NCBI GenBank assembly: GCA_046761065.1
Contig: JBHIFL010000094.1
Coordinates: 1-14,040 of the forward strand
Length of the DNA: 14,040 nucleotides
From: Candidatus Heimdallarchaeota archaeon
GTDB taxonomy: Archaea; Asgardarchaeota; Wukongarchaeia; Wukongarchaeales; JBHIFL01
Direction of reading: 5' to 3'
This document shows positions 1 to 7,051 of the stretch, one piece after another; within the stretch, counting starts at the first letter, position 1, and the number at the start of each line of letters is the position of its first letter. The notes beneath the pieces were generated by a model. It ran no database searches and was not told where the DNA came from. It saw only the letters and a program-made list of their open reading frames with translations. The translations under genes and the position numbers were made by a program.

Positions 1-1641
1 TTATTGTCAAATGTTGTGGATTGAGCGTATCCTTCAGTCATTTAATCACCTCAATTACCCATACAATGCTTTCTTTCAAAAAGACATTCTGAGTTCTCTT
101 CAGTTGCGAGAAAATCTTCCTCTTTCCCATTCAAAACTCGCAAAATATGAATCTCTGAGCTATTTTGGTATCTGTCGCTAAAAACGAGGCTCTCAGAGCC
201 TCTCTAAGCGACGATCTCAAACCAATCCTTATTCTAAACCTTTATTATTTTTTGCTATAGAGCAACTTCTTCTGTATATAGCTGATCCGCTGGAGAGGTC
301 TCCTCTTTCAATTCACCATCTATGAAGACTTTTTCTTGTAAAACGAGAGGAATCATCTTATATCCTTTCAGTCTCTTCCACCTCTTCTGGGCCTCCTTGG
401 TCAGCTTGAATACCATGGTCATGGTGGCGGTGCGAGAACCGCATCCTTTGGTCCGTCTCGTCCTCAGACGTACAGTCGCAAACGTAGATTCTATCGGATT
501 GATCGACCGGATATGAATCCAATGGGTAGAGGGAAATTCATAAAAAGTGAAAAGCGCATCTTTGTCTTTCTTCAAACACTCTACCGCTTTCGGGAATTTC
601 GCTTCATAGACATCAATAAAGTGCTCATAAGCCTCCCGCGCTGACTTCTTACTCTCTGCCTCATACATGTCATGGATGTGTGACTTAGCCTTTGACTGCA
701 TGCTTTTGGGAAGCTTATCTAAAACATTGGCGGTCTTGTGTACCCAGCAGCGTTGTTCTTTTGAGGTGGGAAAAACCTCCCTCACCGCTGCCCAAAACCC
801 CAGATTCCCATCTCCGATACACAGCTTGGGCCCTTGCTTTAATCCTCGACGCTTGAGCGACAGCAGAAGCTCCCTCCAGCTGAGCTTGCTCTCCCGGTAT
901 CCGTCGCTTACCGCCAAAAGCTCTTTTTTACCCTCTTCATCTGCAGCCATGATAATCAAAACACAGACTCTATCATCATCCAAACGCACATTGAAATACA
1001 CACCATCTACCCAGAAGTATACATATGTTTTCTCACTCAGGTCTCTCTTGGACCATTCTTTATACTCTTCCTCCCACCGGGCCTTCAGACGCACAATATT
1101 AGTTGCAGAGAGCCCCTTGGCCCTCTCTCCAAGTATCGCCGCTAACGCCTGGGGAAAATCACCAGTGGAGATCCCTCTCAAATATAATGCAGGCACCAAA
1201 TTATCGATACTCGGTATCCGGCGTAAATACGGAGGCAGTATCGTGGAAGTAAACGACTCTGCGCCGTTTTGCTTCCTCAGCTTCCGGTCATCCACCCGTG
1301 GCTGTCTCACCCGAATCGGTCCCAGCCCCGTCAGTATCTCCCGCTCAGGCAAAGACCCATTCTTTACCGCCAACCGATACCCCCTCTCATCCCTCTTGAA
1401 TTGATTCTTTACAATGTATTCTTCTACTTCATTCTCTACAGCAGACTGCAACATCTTTCGGGCGCCTTCCCTTAAGGATTCCTCTAGGAGTGACTTTGGT
1501 GAAATTTCTTCTGGATTTTTCTCTTCTTTCTCGTTATACTCACTCATGAAAGCGTATCCTCCTTTCTTTTTTAGTTTTTTTTCTTTTAACTCTAAAGGAT
1601 ACGCTTTTTTCTTATCTGAATCCACAACTTTCGATTATATC
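1..1641 (-). mobile_element. IS256-family insertion sequence (left end at or just beyond the window edge)
   Basis: Imperfect terminal inverted repeats: 1-25 TTATTGTCAAATGTTGTGGATTGAG vs reverse complement of 1616-1640 ATATAATCGAAAGTTGTGGATTCAG (19/25). Subterminal AGCGTATCCTT at both ends. Encloses a Mutator-type transposase. Target duplication cannot be checked because the left flank is outside the window. Confidence 0.9.
255..1547 (-). CDS. IS256-family (Mutator-type) DDE transposase
   Basis: Motifs YLRGISTGDF, YFWVDGVYF, ESKLSW, IGDGNLGFW, QRCWVHK, IRSINPIES. Start placed at ATG 1547 behind AAAGGAGG; the track start at 1625 lies inside the terminal repeat. Confidence 0.95.
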   Translation of the reverse strand: MSEYNEKEEKNPEEISPKSLLEESLREGARKMLQSAVENEVEEYIVKNQFKRDERGYRLAVKNGSLPEREILTGLGPIRVRQPRVDDRKLRKQNGAESFTSTILPPYLRRIPSIDNLVPALYLRGISTGDFPQALAAILGERAKGLSATNIVRLKARWEEEYKEWSKRDLSEKTYVYFWVDGVYFNVRLDDDRVCVLIIMAADEEGKKELLAVSDGYRESKLSWRELLLSLKRRGLKQGPKLCIGDGNLGFWAAVREVFPTSKEQRCWVHKTANVLDKLPKSMQSKAKSHIHDMYEAESKKSAREAYEHFIDVYEAKFPKAVECLKKDKDALFTFYEFPSTHWIHIRSINPIESTFATVRLRTRRTKGCGSRTATMTMVFKLTKEAQKRWKRLKGYKMIPLVLQEKVFIDGELKEETSPADQLYTEEVAL

Positions 1642-2927
1642 CCCTCCTCGTCTTCTAAAGCATTAAACTGGTGGTAAGGAAGAGCTTTTCCTTCAGCTAC
1701 GGGCTGTTCAGGGGCAAAATTTTTATAGGCATATGATGTTCGAAAATGTTCGGGATAGTTCGATACCAGTTCAAAAAAGGAGGCATGCCATTCCTCTTCA
1801 TTTTCCTTTTTATAATGATAACGAACGATATTATAGAGAGCCTCTGCTCGTAATTCTTCATATGGACTTTTTTTAGCTATCTCTGAAAGCATATCTATAC
1901 TTTCATCCAGTCCGACAAGATTAACGGCGTCTGTCAATGCCGTGTAATGCATCATCCATAGGGGGGAGTCTGGCGATAATGAATTAAGTAATGAAACGGC
2001 TTCTGATTCAGAAAGATCAATTTCACGTGAGAAACGAAATTTGGCTAAGGCAGCAGCATTCGATACGGCTGGATTCTGATAGTTATTCTGTATGGTTTTG
2101 AGATCTGCGAGGTATGGAGAAAAATCGTGGTCATAACTTCCTTCTTCTCCCCGCATCTGGAACAGTGCTCTTGAGAAAATGAAATCCACATACTCATCAA
2201 TCATTCGGGTATAAATTGTTGCAATGCCGGTCAGTTCGTCTGAGACATCCTGAGAGAATTTGAGATCAGAATCCGTTACATAAAATGTGTATTCAGAAGG
2301 TTTAAAATGGACTATAAATTTTGGATCATCGGCAGACTTTGTCATTCTGTTCATTACAGGAGTATCAAGTCCTCGTGCATCTACTCTCAATGTGTACTCT
2401 CCATCTGTTCCGGAAAGTGAACTCATTGCATATTGATTTACAATATAGTGAATTGTATCCCGGTCAGACTCAATCTCTGCAGTCCAAATGCCCTCCGGTT
2501 GTTTTGCCATCTGTATTCCTTTACGTGGATCAAAATCGTTAAAATCACCGACAATAACGGGATTTGGATCATCGAGCAGTACGGGTGAACGGAGGGTTAC
2601 CTCAAGATCAAATGAACCGGAACCGGGAGGTAAAAAAGTAAATTTAGGCTGATAGCCCGGAGCGCCAAATTTCAGAATAGCCGGTTCATCTTTTCGAAAC
2701 TGAATAGTAATTGGCTTCTCTTTACCTCCTTCTTTTGAAGTGCGTGGTGTTCCAAGCCAACAATCTTTAATGTCAATAACTTGCAAGCTGTAAAATGGTA
2801 ATTCAATACCCTTTTCATCAGTAATTTTTACTGTTACTGAAGAAATGTGACTCTCTTTTTGATTCGAACAGCTATTAACAATAAAAGCTGTAAGCAAGAA
2901 AGAGATCAATACTCTGTTTACAGTCAT
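1642..2927 (-). pseudogene. Cassette-borne putative lipoprotein, 3'-truncated by the IS256 insertion
   Basis: Signal-like N-terminus MTVNRVLISFLLTAFIVNSC (alternative start 2972). Internal IVGDFNDF...GIWTAEI resembles a CBM48/early-set fold. The frame runs into the IS end and stops at 1635. The last residues (VAEGKALP..F) resemble the lead-in to a TlpA/redoxin domain (inference). Confidence 0.65.
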
Positions 2928-2968
2928 CGTAATTTGACTTTGGTTGCGATAGAAATATAACGTTTTGC

Positions 2969-3045
2969 GCATAACATTCGAATTCACCCGCCTTGCGAGC
3001 CGCTGGAAGCGGCGAGTAAGGTCGGGTGGAATGAGTTGGTATGGG
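2969..3045 (-). other. attC site (R'' degenerate)
   Basis: Minus strand CCCATACCAACTC-ATTCCACCCGACCTT...AAGGCGGGTGAAT-TCGAAT-GTTATGC: paired arms with extra bases on the 5' arm and canonical R' GTTATGC, directly after the stop codon at 3048. Confidence 0.85.
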
Positions 3046-3047
3046 TT

Positions 3048-3767
3048 TTAAAAATCATTCGCAATCGTAAAAATCGACGACACTGCACCTATTGCTGTAG
3101 CTTTGGATATCGTATGTTTTTTACTTTTTTCATTTTCTATATGAACCAGGTTTCTAAAATGTCTAACGGAATCACTTAAGCGATGTATAGCCTCTTTTAA
3201 AATCCCATGGTTTTGACATGTTTTGATATATTCATCGAATGTATTCCTAGCAGGGCTTAAACCCTTGTGAATTAGATATTGTCGTAATAGCTCTTCAATT
3301 ACAGCACCAGACAAAATCACAGATGGCTTTGAGAATCCATTTTTCGCCAAGATGTATGCATGTTCGATATCACGAAAAATTATACTCCTTTGAAAATTAT
3401 CTCTTATGAAATTAATTTTTCGTCCAAATTCTTTTTTCGTAATTTCGAATTCTTCTGCAATGGTAAACCATGAATATTGAGTGTCCATATTTTTCACCTC
3501 TTCTCCACTGTTTTCTAATTCATTTATTGCCATTTGTAACTGGCTAACCATGATATTAAAAGCTGGCTCCAAAGTATATGAGGAAAGATTAAGATTCATT
3601 TTGTGTGCATTTTGGATAAAATTAACATAATATTGTTGGTTAAATTTTAGCAAAGGTGCAACTTTGTTGGCCCATTCAATGCATGCTTGTTGGGAAGGGA
3701 ATCCTTCTTTAACTTCTTTTATTTCAAACAATTTCTTTAATTTTTGAAGCAAGCTATTTTTATTCAT
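3048..3767 (-). CDS. Cassette protein with C-terminal DUF4145/HEPN-like domain
   Basis: SVILSGAVIEELLR helix and RHFRNLVH motif; AT-rich; bounded by attC sites on both sides. Confidence 0.7.
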   Translation of the reverse strand: MNKNSLLQKLKKLFEIKEVKEGFPSQQACIEWANKVAPLLKFNQQYYVNFIQNAHKMNLNLSSYTLEPAFNIMVSQLQMAINELENSGEEVKNMDTQYSWFTIAEEFEITKKEFGRKINFIRDNFQRSIIFRDIEHAYILAKNGFSKPSVILSGAVIEELLRQYLIHKGLSPARNTFDEYIKTCQNHGILKEAIHRLSDSVRHFRNLVHIENEKSKKHTISKATAIGAVSSIFTIANDF

Positions 3768-3776
3768 CTTTAGTTA

Positions 3777-3834
3777 GTCCTACGTGCTCTTCAGCCGCAG
3801 CGGTAAGCTGTCGGCTGCAAGAGCAATGTTGGGC
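3777..3834 (-). other. attC site (R' non-canonical GTAGGAC)
   Basis: Minus strand GCCCAAC-ATTGCTCTTGCAGCCGACAGC-TTACC-GCTGCGGCTGAAGAGCAC-GTAGGAC. R'' GCCCAAC is complementary to this cassette's start GTTGGGC at 4359-4353. Confidence 0.9.
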
Positions 3835-3846
3835 GAAATGTATAGG

Positions 3847-4077
3847 TTATTTTGCTACTTGTAGCGCTTCTTCCGCTTCGCGGGGTAATGAGACGAGAAC
3901 AAAGTAGGACTGAGGATAAAGATAATCTTCTCCGGATTCATCAACGACTCGGAGATATCCTTCCTTTTCTGCATCTTCATCCGGCAGTATCTGATAAATC
4001 TTGCGCTTTTCTAAATCCTCGCAGTCCTTATTCTCAATGCAAAGTGCAAATTTATGATTTTCCTTTGTTTTTGCCAT
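3847..4077 (-). CDS. Small acidic hypothetical protein, second gene of a two-gene cassette (possible antitoxin)
   Basis: 76 aa, starts 3 nt after the upstream stop with GGAG in front; motif LRVVDESGEDYLYP; ends just before attC. Confidence 0.8.
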   Translation of the reverse strand: MAKTKENHKFALCIENKDCEDLEKRKIYQILPDEDAEKEGYLRVVDESGEDYLYPQSYFVLVSLPREAEEALQVAK

Positions 4078-4080
4078 AAT

Positions 4081-4326
4081 TTACTCCAAAAACCGTTTGA
4101 TTTTCATTTTCTTTCTACCGATGCCGTGGGCTTCATACCAGTGCACTTCAGCTTTACGGATATTGCCGCTCTGAAGCCTAACCATAGCAAATCCTTTAAG
4201 TTTTCGCCACCGAGCAGAACCAAATTGCCTTTGAAGCCGCATTATATCACGAATCCTTCCACCGATGGCAATAGTTTCAACTTCCTCAATTTCCCTAATT
4301 ATCTCAAAATACATAGGATTTTTCAT
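4081..4326 (-). CDS. Small basic hypothetical protein, first gene of a two-gene cassette (possible toxin)
   Basis: 81 aa, Arg/Lys-rich, motifs WRKLKG and AEVHWYEAHGIG; begins ~30 nt after GTTGGGC (4359-4353). Confidence 0.8.
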   Translation of the reverse strand: MKNPMYFEIIREIEEVETIAIGGRIRDIMRLQRQFGSARWRKLKGFAMVRLQSGNIRKAEVHWYEAHGIGRKKMKIKRFLE

Positions 4327-4352
4327 CCTTATAATTTCAAATCATAGTTTAT

Positions 4353-4396
4353 GCCCAACTATTAATATACAGCATATTGTATATTAATAGTTAGGC
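4353..4396. other. Palindromic double-attI core (bidirectional recombination site)
   Basis: GCCCAAC-TATTAATATACA-GCATAT-TGTATATTAATA-GTTAGGC. 4367-4392 is identical to 8600-8625 (right attI) and the left arm is the exact reverse complement of the attI end. A cassette starts at the GTT on each strand. Confidence 0.85.
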
Positions 4397-4403
4397 ACCT
4401 AAG

Positions 4404-4432
4404 TTGCATCCAAGTAGGCAAAAGTGTATATT
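4404..4432 (+). promoter_or_regulatory. Sigma70-type promoter internal to the TA cassette
   Basis: TTGCAT-17 nt-TATATT, upstream of AAGGAG (4455-4460) and ATG 4469. TA cassettes typically carry their own promoter. Confidence 0.6.
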
Positions 4433-4468
4433 AGAGTGAGGTAAGATTTTTAAAAAGGAGTTTGGGTT

Positions 4469-4699
4469 ATGTCATCCAATGCAATTGCCACGTTGGTCAA
4501 AATGATGGAGTCTTTGCCTGAACCGGTGCAAGATCAAGTAATCCAGCATCTTCGAGAATATCTCTTGGACTTGCAAGATGAGTTGGAATGGAATAGACAG
4601 TTCAAGAAAACACAGAACCAACTAGTTGCTGCTGCAAGACGGGCCAAACGGGAAATCGCGAAGGGGCACGGGAAACCAATGGACTATGACAAATTATGA
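4469..4699 (+). CDS. Putative type II antitoxin
   Basis: 76 aa, AAGGAG RBS, ATGA overlap with the downstream RelE/ParE-like gene, typical ...KPMDYDKL tail. Confidence 0.75.
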   Translation: MSSNAIATLVKMMESLPEPVQDQVIQHLREYLLDLQDELEWNRQFKKTQNQLVAAARRAKREIAKGHGKPMDYDKL

Positions 4700-4962
4700 A
4701 ATCTGCCACACTACCATCTTTTTGGAAGGCATATGAAGCTCTCAGCAAAGAAATTAAACGAAGTGCCAGAAAAGCCTACCAATTATGGGCAAAGAATCCT
4801 TTTCATCCCTCACTCCATTTCAAATGTATCAACACCGAAGAAAACATTTGGTCTGTGAGAATCACGCGTGGTTACCGTGCTATTGGTATTCTTGAGGGAG
4901 ATACAGTTACGTGGTTTTGGATTGGAAGCCACGACAATTATGAGCGCTTTTTCTCGTCCTAG
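4696..4962 (+). CDS. RelE/ParE-superfamily toxin
   Basis: NPFHPSLHFK, WSVRITRGYRAIG and WFWIGSHDNYE motifs; 88 aa; followed by attC. Confidence 0.85.
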   Translation: MKSATLPSFWKAYEALSKEIKRSARKAYQLWAKNPFHPSLHFKCINTEENIWSVRITRGYRAIGILEGDTVTWFWIGSHDNYERFFSS

Positions 4963-4972
4963 AAATAAGGTG

Positions 4973-5034
4973 GCCTAACAACTCGCTGCAGCCGACGCCG
5001 CTGGAGGCGGCGCAACTGAGCTTTATTGTTAGAC
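4973..5034 (+). other. attC site of the TA cassette (plus polarity)
   Basis: GCCTAAC-AACTC-GCTGCAGCCGACGCCGC-TGGAG-GCGGCGCAACTGAGC-TTTATT-GTTAGAC, extra bases on the 5' arm. R'' is complementary to GTTAGGC at 4390-4396. Confidence 0.92.
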
Positions 5035-6279
5035 GGCCTTATTGCCATGTGCACCGCCATGCTCCGCGACGGCTTCACGTAAGACCCTTGCCTGTTCAGA
5101 GAGACCTTTCCGCACCCAATCCCTCCATTGAGGTGTACCGCCCGTTGGAAAACTACCGTCATCCAGAAGAAAGTCAGCCAGTTGAGCGATGAGGAGCAAT
5201 GTCCTGCCATTGTGGCGTGCGAGTAGATCAAGCTAAAAGTTGCTGGTCATTGGCGACGGGCCTTGTGGTGTTTCCGCTACATACCAAAGGAACCACTCCA
5301 GCGCCTCCCACACACTTGACGCCCATTCAAGGGCGTGCCCTTCGGCCCAGAGCTGAGTATCTAAATCTCCTAGCAGTCGGAAGGACGGAGTGTTCTGGAG
5401 ACTCGACAGCAACGATTCCTTATCTACGCCGTGCTCTGCAGCCTGTCGAGCGCATGACACCAGGCCCTCAAGCCATTCATCGGCCTGGTTCAAATCCACG
5501 GGCATGTTGTCTCGTATCGCCTGGAAATCGGGGTTAGGCGGAAATCTTATCTCCCACGAGATGGCCCGAAGATCACAATCGTCTGGCGGGAGCAAAAACA
5601 CTCCTCTTTGTTCGTAAATTCGCCGACTGAACGGAGGCGGGAGCAAAACCGTAAGCGCCGCGTATTTCCAGGCGACTACAGATGGTATCGCAAAAACGAC
5701 GGCATCATGCGTTCGCGCACTTCTAGAGGCGAAGTATATTGCAACAGCAGGATCAGCGGAGAAATCGAGTAGTTTTGAAGCTATTCCGTGGTGGCGACCA
5801 AGAGCTTCAAGTGCGAGACGCCCCGGGTGCACTAACGAAAACTTCCGGTCGCGGGTATGTTCCCAGGGCAAGATGTGGTCGAGTAACAAGACAAACAGAT
5901 CCATAACGTTGCGCTCGTGTTGTTGGTCGACACCTTCGCGGTCTATAGTCGCAACGATTGGCAAAGAGGAGTCGCTCTGACCTCGGTAGTAGCATCTTAC
6001 AGGCTGAGGTTTTGCGGTGGCTGGGTCTTTTGCTAGAAGGAAGTGCTCCAACTCAGTGTACAGGAAAATTCCCGCGTGCCATGGGCTTGGCGCATAGGCC
6101 AGCTTGTCCCCATCGTCGAACGTCACGTCTCGTACGACATTCTTGACCTCGCGTTCAAGGTCGGCAAGGAGTTCTTTGTCAGGCGGAGCGTCTGGGTCCA
6201 GGAACGCCACTATCGGGCCGAAGCGCGGCAACGCGTTGAGTCGGCTCCAGAGTGCCTTGGCCTCCGTAGTCGTTGTCAT
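5029..6279 (-). pseudogene. FRG-domain protein cassette gene with an in-frame TAG at 5233-5235
   Basis: YYRGQSDS..PI, RHHGIASKLLDFSADPAVAIYFAS and RIYEQRGVF are FRG motifs. The frame stays open for 67 codons after the TAG and ends at a TAA (5031-5029) inside GTCTAAC. The 348-aa product may still be expressed. Confidence 0.8.
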
Positions 6280-6304
6280 TCGCTTACCTATCGATCCAAG
6301 GGCC

Positions 6305-6370
6305 GTCTAACGCCTTGCGCGTAACCTGCAGGCGGCGAAGCCGACTGTCAGGTTCATGCGCCTGTTCGAC
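6305..6370 (-). other. attC site (minus polarity)
   Basis: Minus strand GTCGAAC-AGGCGCATGAACCTGACAG...CTGCAGGTTACGCGCAAGGC-GTTAGAC. R'' with flank (CAGTCGAAC) is complementary to the cassette start GTTCGACTG at 6881-6873. Confidence 0.92.
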
Positions 6371-6373
6371 TGC

Positions 6374-6865
6374 TCACTCAACTGGCGTGAAATGTCGGGT
6401 GATGAGTTCCCACTTGTCGCGATGGGCACTGAGGTCCTTGGGCCACACGGCACAATGTACAGACCGAGGATTCCTCGGTCTCACTCGGCCCTTGTATGTC
6501 TTGTGGAAGTGGTCCTGCAAAACCCTCAAAGGGAAGATGTAGAACTCATCCGGTGCATCTGATCTCAGCAGCACGAATACACAATGCAGGTCTGGATTTG
6601 CCAGTCGCTTCTTTCCCTTCACCACCTGTCGATCACCCTCAAAGGCAATCTTCAGGAAGCGAGTAGCTCTGAACTGCCAGGACGGTCCGTTGATCGCCTT
6701 CACTTGGATTGGCAGCGAGTGACCAGACAAGTCTGAAGCCAGCAAGTCGATCTCTGGCACATTTCCAGCGAAGGGTGTTGCCAGTATACCTCGACGACCA
6801 AGTTCAGCGACGACGAGATGCTCACCTATCTGTCGAGTGAGTTGATTGCTGAAACCGCGCTTCAT
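6374..6865 (-). CDS. PD-(D/E)XK nuclease-fold protein, first cassette of the left array
   Basis: GEHLVVAELGRRG...PEIDLL...IQVK catalytic pattern; lies between attI-left and attC. Confidence 0.75.
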   Translation of the reverse strand: MKRGFSNQLTRQIGEHLVVAELGRRGILATPFAGNVPEIDLLASDLSGHSLPIQVKAINGPSWQFRATRFLKIAFEGDRQVVKGKKRLANPDLHCVFVLLRSDAPDEFYIFPLRVLQDHFHKTYKGRVRPRNPRSVHCAVWPKDLSAHRDKWELITRHFTPVE

Positions 6866-6874
6866 CGCATGTCA

Positions 6875-7020
6875 GTCGAACTATTAATGTACAGCATGCT
6901 GTATTTGATACAAACCGCCCTCAGTAAACGTCATATATTAAGTGGTTTTATCAATTATCCCCGTGAAATTACAGTATTATCTTAATATTATCCATATTAG
7001 ATTGCAAGTCGTATATTCGA
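6875..7020 (-). repeat. attI-left / Pc region (copy 1 of inverted repeat)
   Basis: Canonical position upstream of and divergent from intI; ends ...ATTAATAG|TTCGAC at the first cassette; 126/142 identical by hand alignment to 8484-8625 in inverted orientation. Confidence 0.88.
6979..7007 (-). promoter_or_regulatory. Pc-like promoter for the left array
   Basis: TTGCAA-17 nt-TAAGAT pointing at the attI crossover; lies in the 47-bp block perfectly conserved between the repeats. Confidence 0.65.
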
Positions 7021-7051
7021 TGGCTTTAGTATCCAGCCTGGGAGCAATGGA

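Noticed and set aside
322-1677. Plus-strand ORFs 322-516, 667-1404, 1269-1475, 1414-1677
   Set aside because: Antisense shadows of the transposase gene.
4353-4396. Ordinary attC, terminator or CRISPR repeat
   Set aside because: No bulged bases or L boxes, lies at the 5' ends of both neighbours, matches the attI sequence, and the three copies are not regularly spaced.
4959-6562. ORF 4959-5231 (-) and several overlapping short ORFs
   Set aside because: They cross attC sites or overlap the FRG and nuclease genes; 5032-5232 is better explained as the FRG read-through frame.
6899-6914. CTGTATTTGATACAAA as a LexA box
   Set aside because: Does not fit CTGT-N8-ACAG; more likely part of the attI integrase-binding repeats.
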